Assembly (NCBI GenBank): GCA_964417955.1
Contig: CAYQKK010000002.1
Coordinates: 83,753-147,752, forward strand
Reading direction: 5' to 3'
DNA: 64,000 nt
Source: an uncultured Planctomycetaceae bacterium
GTDB taxonomy: Bacteria > Planctomycetota > UBA1135 > GCA-002686595
Shown here piece after piece: positions 10,636 to 18,879 of this stretch. The notes beneath the pieces were generated by a model. The model was not told the origin of the DNA, ran no database searches, and was given only the letters and a program-made list of their open reading frames with translations. Every line of letters begins with the position of its first letter. Position 1 is the stretch's first letter. The translations under genes were made by a program, and so were the position numbers.

Positions 10636-10883
10636 GACTCGAAACCTGATGGCTGTCCCCGATACATTCGCAGCATTCGCACGGGCGTACAGTAAGTACC
10701 CAGGTCCAATTCCGCCATTCCCCCGAACGGAGAACGCTGCGAGAGGGACGCTTGGCAGATTCCGTCCCGCCAACCCTCACGGGTCGAAGACACCGCGCTG
10801 GGGAACGGTGGAAACGACTACGGATCGGCTCCACTGGTCAACCCCAATGGACAGAGGCGCCGCTCCTGGGATCCGCCTGATTG

Positions 10884-13466
10884 CTACTGGCAGAGGTTCC
10901 GGATGACCGTGACGCTGCCTCCGATCCTCTCTGTAGCCAAGATATCAAGGCGCCCGTCGCCATCGATGTCTCCGAGGACGCCGTCCCCGGGGGCGAAGCC
11001 CAACCCGTAGCGAGTGGGGTCCCCCCAAGTCAGGTCGCCGCCGCCGAGGAACACGCTTGCCACTTGCCCCATGGTGACCACGTCCAGATGGCCGTCGAGG
11101 TCGATGTCGCCCACCGCTAAGCCGTCGATGAAAATCCCGTGGAAGGGCACGGCCTGGGCTGGCGCGAAACTGAAGCCCCCGAGGTTCTCGAACACCTCGA
11201 AGGTGAACTCGTTCAAGGTAACGACGTCCGCGTCTCCGTCTCCGTCAAGATCGGCCGTGATCATCTCCCGGACTCTTCGGTCGGTGGCGATCTGAATGGG
11301 GGCGCCAAACAATCCTTGACCGTTCCCGGGCATGACCGTGAAGCCCGTGAACGGCATCTCGTGAACCGAGAAGACGGCGTCGAGGTGGCCGTCCTGGTCA
11401 AGGTCCACAAGGTCTAGACCGCCCGGCGTCGCACCTTGCTCGTAGATCGGGCCCTGCTGTTGAAAAGTGCCAGCACCGTTATTCAGGAAGACGCTGAGCC
11501 CCCGCTCGGGAGCAAGCCCCTGATTGGTGACCACAAGGTCCACGTCTCCATCTTCGTCCACATCTGCGAAGGCCACCTCGCCCGGCCGAATGGCCGTCGG
11601 GAGATCTTGACGGCCATCAAAGACGCCGCCGCCTCGGTTGAAGTAGAGCGTAACGGTGTTGCCCGAGTAGTTTGCAACCGCCAAGTCCGGGTCGCCGTCT
11701 GCATCGACATCGCCCAGCGCCACATGGATCGGGGACTCCCCCACCGAGAGCGCAGGCGCCAGCTGGAACGAGCCGTCGGGACGTCCTATCCCGATGGAGA
11801 CAGTGTCGTCGAAACTGCTCGCCACCACGAAGTCTTGGTTGCCGTCACCGTTCACGTCCCCAAGCACCAGCCCGTCCGGACTGCGTCCCACCTCGAAGGA
11901 GTCCAGCGTATGAAAACCAGCATTGCCGTCACGGGTGATCACGATGATGTCGGAGGAGTTCATCAGGGGCGCAACGAGCTCAAGCCCCGGTGCCCCATAG
12001 AGGTCGACAGCGACCACGGACCGGGGCACCCGGCCAGTAGGAACCTGAACGGGCGCTAAGAAGGTCCCGTCACCGAGCCCTTCGAAGAACTCAAGTCTCG
12101 ACTTCCCAGACGCGCGGGCGCCGATCAGGTCGAGGTCTCCGTCGCCATCAATATCGGCCGCATCCAAGTGCCCTAGTGCGGCGGATGCAGTGAGCGCGGA
12201 CGTACCGCTGAACGTCCCATCGCCCGCGCCGAACATGACCAGCAAATCAAGGCCGATTGAATTGGCGACTGCGAGGTCTACGTGGCCGTCGCCGTTGAAG
12301 TCGCCGACGTCGAGCTGGATCGGACGGCCCGTAGCCGTGGTGTACTGTCCCGAGCCAGAGAAGCTCCCTCCGGTGTTCATCCAGATCGCGACGGTTCCGC
12401 TGTCGTTGCCGATCACAAGATCTTCGTCTCCGTCAGCGTTGAGATCCACGAGCTTGACCGCGCGCGGGGTGTTCGTGCTCACGAGGGTGGTCCACGGGGT
12501 GAGCAGTCCGCCGCCGCTGTTGCGGAGAACCGTGACGGTGTTGACCGTCCAAGCCGCGTCGGCCACCACGACGTCGAGGTCGCCGTCCCCGTCGATGTCG
12601 CTGAGGTCAACGCCGGCGAGCTCGGAACCCACCTGAACAGGGACCTGCGGCGTAAACGTGCTACCGCCTTGATTGATGACAACGGACACCGTGCCCGACG
12701 TGAAGTTGGAGGTCACGACGTCTAGTTCGCCGTCGCCATCCATGTCCCCCACCGCGAGCCCCGTGGACTCGGCGCCGAGGTCGATCGGAATGAAGTCGAG
12801 GAAGCGGCCGTCCCCCGTCCCGAGGAGGATGCTGAGCCAGTTCGACTCATCACTGTTCTTGACGACATCCATGAAGCCGTCTCCGTTGAAGTCGGCCGCC
12901 TCGATGAGGTCGGCCGAGCCGTACGTCACAAAACGCGCGCCGGGAAAGAAGCCGCTCCCGAGTTCGCAGCGACCGGAGAACTCAATCTCTAAGCCGTCGC
13001 TGAAGTTCGAGGTGGGTCCCGCAGGGCTGGTATCCCGGTGCCAGTATTGGAAGGAAACCGTGTCGCCGGGGCTGACGGCGTAGGGACCGAGGGGATCAGG
13101 GATCGCACCGAGGTCGATGGGGAGCGAAACGATTCCCGTCGAACCCGTGACCTGAACGGAATTGACGTAGCGCCCAACAGGCTGACTCAGGCAGAGGTTG
13201 CCCGCCGAGCCGGCGGGGTTCGCGACGAAGCCGCGCGTCATGCTGGCCAAATAGTAGCCAGTCGATCCAACCGGGAGCTGCTGGCACTGGAGGGTCAGCT
13301 GGTTGGCGTTGACGTTCGCGCTTCCGCCGGCACCCATGGATGCGGCGGAGCCGGTGGAGTTGGGTGCAGCCGCGCAGTAGTTGGTGCCGAGCTGGGCGGT
13401 CGCTGCGGAAGCGAGCGCCAGCAGCGAGAGAAGTGAGAGCGGCGCGCTAGTGAGCGTGAGGGCCAT
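10884..13466 (-). CDS. Secreted FG-GAP/VCBS repeat protein with the two-Cys module at its N-terminus
   Basis: Signal peptide, module at aa 26-163, then about 12 D-x-(N/D)-G-D-G-x-x-D repeats. Confidence 0.85.
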   Translation of the reverse strand: MALTLTSAPLSLLSLLALASAATAQLGTNYCAAAPNSTGSAASMGAGGSANVNANQLTLQCQQLPVGSTGYYLASMTRGFVANPAGSAGNLCLSQPVGRYVNSVQVTGSTGIVSLPIDLGAIPDPLGPYAVSPGDTVSFQYWHRDTSPAGPTSNFSDGLEIEFSGRCELGSGFFPGARFVTYGSADLIEAADFNGDGFMDVVKNSDESNWLSILLGTGDGRFLDFIPIDLGAESTGLAVGDMDGDGELDVVTSNFTSGTVSVVINQGGSTFTPQVPVQVGSELAGVDLSDIDGDGDLDVVVADAAWTVNTVTVLRNSGGGLLTPWTTLVSTNTPRAVKLVDLNADGDEDLVIGNDSGTVAIWMNTGGSFSGSGQYTTATGRPIQLDVGDFNGDGHVDLAVANSIGLDLLVMFGAGDGTFSGTSALTASAALGHLDAADIDGDGDLDLIGARASGKSRLEFFEGLGDGTFLAPVQVPTGRVPRSVVAVDLYGAPGLELVAPLMNSSDIIVITRDGNAGFHTLDSFEVGRSPDGLVLGDVNGDGNQDFVVASSFDDTVSIGIGRPDGSFQLAPALSVGESPIHVALGDVDADGDPDLAVANYSGNTVTLYFNRGGGVFDGRQDLPTAIRPGEVAFADVDEDGDVDLVVTNQGLAPERGLSVFLNNGAGTFQQQGPIYEQGATPGGLDLVDLDQDGHLDAVFSVHEMPFTGFTVMPGNGQGLFGAPIQIATDRRVREMITADLDGDGDADVVTLNEFTFEVFENLGGFSFAPAQAVPFHGIFIDGLAVGDIDLDGHLDVVTMGQVASVFLGGGDLTWGDPTRYGLGFAPGDGVLGDIDGDGRLDILATERIGGSVTVIRNLCQ

Positions 13467-13642
13467 GAAAGCGAGAGGTGAGGTCTGGGATGACGTGGGA
13501 TGCGCCTATCAAGGGTACTGGGCCGATGCCCCCTACGCCGAAGTTCGAGAAAACGAGAGCTCTGGGACTGCGCTCCGGGGCCCACTTGGAGCTTTTCAGT
13601 CTCGAATGGAAATCCACAATGGGCCGCGCGTAGGGTCAAGCC

Positions 13643-14833
13643 ATGGGACCCCTCACTCTTCCGACGGTTGCCGCTGCGACCCTCATTGCCTTCCCCTCTC
13701 TCGCTCGCGCCAACGTCGGGGTGTTCTCCGGATCTGGTCATACGGTCAAGCTCAGCGAGTCAGCTGAGGTGCAGCTCGTTCGGGAGCGCGTGGAGATCCA
13801 CCCCCACCGGGGGCCGCGGCTCTTTGCCGGAGGTGCGCCCGTTGACCGCGTGGACTTTGACTGCACGTTCGAGCTGCGGAACCTGAGCGATCAGGCGGTT
13901 GCGATCCAGGTGGGCTTCCCCCTCGACTCCCAGTTCTTGTCTCGGCCCTACGATCCCAAGGCGGAGTCCGAGACGGCGGATCTCGTGCACGAGTACGGCT
14001 TCATCGCCCGCGACGACAGCCGGACCTACCACACCTCGTTCCAGCCGTACACTGAGAGCTACGGTTCGACGTTTCTGTGGTCCATGGACTTCGCTCCGGG
14101 TGAGACCCGAACCCTGCGCGTATCGTATGGCATGGACATGTCGTCCAGTCTGGGCGACATGCTCGTTCAGGGTGAAGATCGTGAGGAGTACTACAAGACG
14201 GCGCTTGCGGCGAGAAAGGCGGTGGAGGAGCTTCCATGGCTGCAGCATCAGAACGGCGCGATCGCTGAGGGCTTCCAGTACATCACCGCCACGGGTGCAT
14301 CGTGGGCAGGGACGATCGAGCGCGCTGAGTTCATCGTCTACACATGGCAGTTCGAGGAGTACCTCAGCGTGCGTGCCCCCATAGAGGTTTCTCCCCTCGA
14401 CGATGGCCGAGGGGCTTCGATGTTCGGCAACTATCCAACGCGCTTCACCAGGGACATTCGACCGACCGGGTACGAGTCAAGGGATCTGAAGGCACGGGAA
14501 GGGAAGGAGGCGTCGCTCAAGTGGACGTATGCGCCCTTCGACGCGGGCGAGCCCCTCGTTGGCCGCTACCTCAAGTCTGCCGTCCCGTCGACGGCCGAAG
14601 GCGCTCTCGTTTTTTGTCGAAAGCTCGTCGAGGAGCACAGCGCGGACCTGAATCTCGTCCGCCAGTACTTTGCGGCATGGATGGGAAGCGCGCCAATCCA
14701 CGAGACGCTCCGGAGCTACTGCGCGACCCAGCGCTGGTACAAGCCCGTGGACGACTGGCGAATGGACGACCTCGGCGAAGCGGACCGCGCGATCTTGGTC
14801 GCCATCGATCAGTTGATTCAAGAAGCCAAGTGA
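13643..14833 (+). CDS. Secreted DUF4424-like protein
   Basis: Signal peptide ending LARA|NVG; FELRN...VGFP, FAPGETRTLRVSY, YITATGASWAGTIERAEF. Confidence 0.6.
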   Translation: MGPLTLPTVAAATLIAFPSLARANVGVFSGSGHTVKLSESAEVQLVRERVEIHPHRGPRLFAGGAPVDRVDFDCTFELRNLSDQAVAIQVGFPLDSQFLSRPYDPKAESETADLVHEYGFIARDDSRTYHTSFQPYTESYGSTFLWSMDFAPGETRTLRVSYGMDMSSSLGDMLVQGEDREEYYKTALAARKAVEELPWLQHQNGAIAEGFQYITATGASWAGTIERAEFIVYTWQFEEYLSVRAPIEVSPLDDGRGASMFGNYPTRFTRDIRPTGYESRDLKAREGKEASLKWTYAPFDAGEPLVGRYLKSAVPSTAEGALVFCRKLVEEHSADLNLVRQYFAAWMGSAPIHETLRSYCATQRWYKPVDDWRMDDLGEADRAILVAIDQLIQEAK

Positions 14834-14879
14834 ACGGCGGGGTTAGGCGGGACCGAGCACTGTCGATAGACTCTGCGGG

Positions 14880-16295
14880 ATGTCCACCAATACCTCTCCC
14901 GCTGGAACGGCGGGCCAGCTAGAAGCCAATCTTGTCGCCAGCCTTGGGGCTGACTGCGTCTTCACCGAAGCGCCTGACCTCGCCGCCTATGAGAGCGGTT
15001 GGCGCTACGGCCACGGCAAGGCGCGGGCCGTGTGCAAGCCGCGGACGGTGGAGGCCGTCGCGTCGGCGGTGGCGCTCTGCCGCGCGGCGGGCGTTCCGGT
15101 GCAGCCGATCGGGGCGAACACGGGTCTCGTCGCCGCGTCGAACCCAGACGACTCAGGCGAGATGATCGTGCTCTCGCTAGAGCGACTCTCGAAGACCGTT
15201 CAATACTTTCCGGAAGACGGCACGGTCCTCGTCGATGGCGGTGTCCTTCTCTCTCAGCTGAACGAAGAGCTGAAGAAGCACGGTCGAACCTTCCCCATCG
15301 ACCTGGGCGCGGACCCGCAGATCGGCGGCATGATCGTGACGAACACCGGTGGGTCACGGCTTGTGCGCTACGGCGACGTTCGCGCGAACCTCTTGGGCGT
15401 CGAAGTGGTGCTCCCCACCGGGGAGATCCTGAGCGAGCTGAGGCGGCTCGCTAAAAACAACACCGGCCTCGATGCCAAGCAGCTGTTCGTGGGCACCAGC
15501 GGCGCCTTCGGCATCGTGACCCGCGCTACGCTGCGCACTTGGCCCCTGCCGAAGCAAACCGCGGGCGCCCTCGTTTGCGCGCATTCAGGGGGCGCGGTCG
15601 TGGAGCTGCTCCAGCGCATCGAACCCCACGTCGGCGACTTCCTCAGCGCGTTCGAAGCCATCTCTAAGAACGCCACGGAAGCGGTTCTCCGGCACGGCTC
15701 CCTAGATCGTCAACCGTTCGCAGACGGCGCCCCTGCCTATGCGGTCTTGGTAGAGCTGCAGTGCAGCCTACCGCCGGAGACCCTAGACCTAGAGGACGTC
15801 CTTGGCATGGCCCTCGCAGATGCGATGGAGGAGATGCCCGAGGGCATCGATGACGTGGTCGTTGGCGACGTCGAGGACTTCTGGTCGATCCGCCACCAAG
15901 TGTCTGAGTCATTGCGCGAGGACGGCGTTGTCCTCGGTCTTGACGTCTCGACGCCGCGGGGAGACATGGCGCGCTTCACGAGCGAGGTGGAGCGCCGCGT
16001 GGGAGAGGTCGCGCCCGACGTGCGCGTTTGCGACTTCGGCCACTGGGGCGACGGCGGTAGCCACCTCAATCTCGTGCTCGACTCTTCGCTCGAGTCAGGG
16101 GCTCTCGCCGTGCTAAAGAGCCAGCTCCAGGAACTCGTCTACGGCATCTGCGTCGATGAATTCGGCGGCAGCTACAGCGCCGAGCACGGCGTCGGGCCCC
16201 ACAACATCAAGGCTTACCACCGCTATACCAACCCCTTGGTGCGAGAGATTTGCGCGAGGGTCGCACCGGACCGCTTTGGAACGGTCGACCTATAG
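14880..16295 (+). CDS. FAD-binding oxidoreductase, D-2-hydroxyacid (D-2-hydroxyglutarate-like) dehydrogenase family
   Basis: IGGMIVTNTGG, KNNTGLDAKQLFVGTSGAFGIVT, GHWGDGGSHLN, SAEHGVG. Confidence 0.85.
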   Translation: MSTNTSPAGTAGQLEANLVASLGADCVFTEAPDLAAYESGWRYGHGKARAVCKPRTVEAVASAVALCRAAGVPVQPIGANTGLVAASNPDDSGEMIVLSLERLSKTVQYFPEDGTVLVDGGVLLSQLNEELKKHGRTFPIDLGADPQIGGMIVTNTGGSRLVRYGDVRANLLGVEVVLPTGEILSELRRLAKNNTGLDAKQLFVGTSGAFGIVTRATLRTWPLPKQTAGALVCAHSGGAVVELLQRIEPHVGDFLSAFEAISKNATEAVLRHGSLDRQPFADGAPAYAVLVELQCSLPPETLDLEDVLGMALADAMEEMPEGIDDVVVGDVEDFWSIRHQVSESLREDGVVLGLDVSTPRGDMARFTSEVERRVGEVAPDVRVCDFGHWGDGGSHLNLVLDSSLESGALAVLKSQLQELVYGICVDEFGGSYSAEHGVGPHNIKAYHRYTNPLVREICARVAPDRFGTVDL

Positions 16296-16433
16296 CGGGC
16301 GGCATGCACAGCGCCAACGGAGCAGATCCTGGGCCGCTCTGATACGGTCTCTGGAAGTTCCCGTCCGCTGACAGCCACACGCGCAGCTCTTTCGCAAGCG
16401 ACGCCAGTGTCAGACCTATTCTTCCCTACGACA

Positions 16434-17720
16434 ATGATGCCTAAGTTTAGCTTCGCCCTCGCGGCCCTCGCTCTCACAGCTCCCGCCCTCGCACAAGGTG
16501 GTGACACCTGCGACGTCCCCACCACCCTTCCAGGCCTCGGTTCCTTCTCTTTCGACACAACGCCCGCCACCACGAGCGGATTCGACGGCCTCGCGGGATG
16601 CGGCCTATTCCTGATCAACCAGGATCTCTTCTTTGAAGTCACCGCTCCCATCACGGGAGAACTGGTCATAGACACCCTCGGGTCGACCTTTGACACCTGG
16701 CTCTCCGTACATGGTGCGGGAGGCTGCGCTGCCACCTGCATCGCCACCAACGACGATTCGTCGGGTCTCACGAGCGAGGTACGCATACTCGTCACCGCAG
16801 GAGACGAGCTTCTGATTCAGGTGGGCGGCTTCGGAACCTCATCCGGTGCTGGGCTACTCAACTTGGCGGACGCGGGCCCAAGCTGCGCTTCGCTCCCCGA
16901 CGACATGTTCGAAGACAACGATGACTGCCCTACTGCCTTTCTATTGGGCGACGGCACCTACACCGACCTGAAGGTCTTGGACACGGACAACGACTACTTC
17001 ACCTTCTCGCTTGATGCGGGTGCCACCGTGGACGCGTCGATCTTCTTCAGCGACGCGGAGGGCGACGTCGACCTCTACCTTTGGAATCCGCTCGTGGAGT
17101 GCGACACCAACGTGGCGGGTACTGGCGGCGCGTTCCTCGTGCGCGGATTCAGCGCGACAGACGATGAGGTCATCACGTACACCAACATCACCGGCGCGTC
17201 CCAGCAGCTGGTGCTCGAGATTGACATGTTCACGCTGGGTGGCTGCAACACATACGACCTTGTGCTCGCAGGGGTAAGCGCCTCAGGCGGCAGCGTAGGT
17301 ACGGCGTATTGCATGGCCGCTCCGAACTCCACGGGGAGCCCGAGCTCGATCAGCGGCTTTGGATCCTCGGCCGCGGCCGACAACCAGCTAGAGCTCACGG
17401 TCAACGGCCTGCCCCAGGACTCGTTTGGCTACTTCCTGAGCGCCACGACCGCCGCCTTCGTCCCGCTGGCCGGTGGCAGCCAAGGCAACCTCTGCCTGGG
17501 CTCGAACATCGGTCGCTTCGTCGGAGACATCCAGGTGCTGAACTCGGGCGCGTCCGGCACGTCGAGCCTCGCGGTGGATCTGACCGCGGTGCCCCAGCCG
17601 GGCGGCTCTGTGGCCGTGAACGCGGGGGAAACCTGGTTCTTCCAGCTCTGGCACCGTGACTCATCGAGCGGCATGAGCACGTCGAACTTCTCGGACGGCC
17701 TCGAGGTTCTGTTCAACTGA
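16434..17720 (+). CDS. Secreted acidic protein with PPC-like domains and C-terminal two-Cys module
   Basis: MMPKFSFALAALALTAPALAQ signal; FEDNDDC, DNDYF, FFSDAEGDVDLYLW; module at 17295-17720. Confidence 0.8.
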   Translation: MMPKFSFALAALALTAPALAQGGDTCDVPTTLPGLGSFSFDTTPATTSGFDGLAGCGLFLINQDLFFEVTAPITGELVIDTLGSTFDTWLSVHGAGGCAATCIATNDDSSGLTSEVRILVTAGDELLIQVGGFGTSSGAGLLNLADAGPSCASLPDDMFEDNDDCPTAFLLGDGTYTDLKVLDTDNDYFTFSLDAGATVDASIFFSDAEGDVDLYLWNPLVECDTNVAGTGGAFLVRGFSATDDEVITYTNITGASQQLVLEIDMFTLGGCNTYDLVLAGVSASGGSVGTAYCMAAPNSTGSPSSISGFGSSAAADNQLELTVNGLPQDSFGYFLSATTAAFVPLAGGSQGNLCLGSNIGRFVGDIQVLNSGASGTSSLAVDLTAVPQPGGSVAVNAGETWFFQLWHRDSSSGMSTSNFSDGLEVLFN

Positions 17721-18444
17721 CCAGTGGCGCAGCACGTTGGAACTGCCAGCGTGCGCGGCCCGAACGCGCGGGATCAACGCGAATCCCTGGACCCACGGGA
17801 AGTTGATGCGCTTGCTCAGCAGTGCATACCAAGTTCACGTAGGCCACCAGCGGTTCGTCGATCCACGCTTGGGCCACGGACGAAAGCGGCGGACCGAGGA
17901 GGTCACTTCCTCGGCCGTAGGGCGCGTCCCCCACGATGTAGAGCGGTGGGCTATCAGGCTCGGCTGTCATGGTCGCCAGCTGTTCTTGGGCCAGGGCGCA
18001 CTCGACCCGGGTCGCCACCGCTGTCTCGGCGGCCCGCTCGATCCTCGGCAGTAGCCGCCTCAGGTATCCTTCCACTTCGCCCCAGCGTCGATCGGACTTT
18101 GGGTTCTGGCCGCGGAGTCCGGCGACGTAGCTCAACCGCTGCGTAGCCGCCGCGACGTTTGACACGAGGGCCAAGTTCTTGGCTGACGCTTCAACCGCTG
18201 CGGTGGAAGCGTCTGAGCCAGCTATCGCAGAAAAGGCGCCCGGGAAGAAGACGCGCGCGAGTGCCGGAATGAGACCGCTACCGGCGAACGGGTCCCAAAG
18301 GCATCCGGCTCCGGCGCTGAGCTCCGCCGCCTCGCCCACCATCGCCCAGGCGAGCCGCGGTGAGAACCGCACGGCGTCCGAGTTCTCGAAGCGCCAGAAG
18401 AGCCGGCCGTGGGCAAAGAACTCAGGGTCGAAGTCAGGGTCCAT
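17713..18444 (-). CDS. AviRa-like SAM-dependent rRNA methyltransferase
   Basis: FSPRLA...LWDPFAGSGL...AGSDAS...AKNLALVS...GDAPYG parallels my recollection of Streptomyces AviRa (FPVRLA, LWDPCCGSGY, ASDVD, AKNLALLS, TDLPYG). Start at 18444 preferred. Confidence 0.65.
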   Translation of the reverse strand: MDPDFDPEFFAHGRLFWRFENSDAVRFSPRLAWAMVGEAAELSAGAGCLWDPFAGSGLIPALARVFFPGAFSAIAGSDASTAAVEASAKNLALVSNVAAATQRLSYVAGLRGQNPKSDRRWGEVEGYLRRLLPRIERAAETAVATRVECALAQEQLATMTAEPDSPPLYIVGDAPYGRGSDLLGPPLSSVAQAWIDEPLVAYVNLVCTAEQAHQLPVGPGIRVDPARSGRARWQFQRAAPLVS

Positions 18445-18457
18445 GGAGGATGTGATT

Positions 18458-18625
18458 CTAGGAGCCTGCGCCACGGAACGCGGATTCGATGGTGCGGTCA
18501 GGATCTGCGCCAGCAAGGCGCGTCCGAACCCCGCATGGTCGGCTCCATTCGGGGTTTGGCGCAACGCAGCTGGCGCTGATCCTGGCCGTGCCAGCGGATT
18601 CGCGTTCCGTGGCGCAGACTCCTAG
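18458..18625 (+). mobile_element. 168-bp long-hairpin element, copy 2 (MITE-like or structured RNA)
   Basis: 57-bp inverted repeat 18458-18514 / 18569-18625 with 8 mismatches; CTAG at both ends; core AAGGCG-cgt-CCGAACC...GGTTTGG-cg-CAACGCA. Confidence 0.65.
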
Positions 18626-18879
18626 GACTTCGCCTCTAAGTAACGGTCATGACATCCAAGCGGCTCAATTCGAGTCGAAAAGCCACTTACTGAAAGTTCG
18701 CAAGTTCGTAGCGGAACTTTGGGATGGGGCGATCCACTCATAGGTATCCAGCGGTCGGGCGCCTAAGTCTCCTAATGAGGGTAGGCTCAAGTCCGTGCGA
18801 GTTCTCCCCCCCTCGCTCTACTCCTATACGTCCCCTAGGCCGAGACACCAGCCTGCACCTTCTCTCCACTCCCTGTTCC

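Noticed and set aside
10884-12977. Recurrent GACGGCGAC / GTCGCCGTC nucleotide repeats
   Set aside because: Explained by the codons of FG-GAP DxDGDG protein repeats
18713-18740. Second ECF promoter (GGAACTT at 18713)
   Set aside because: No GTC/CGT-type -10 element at a 16-17 nt spacing
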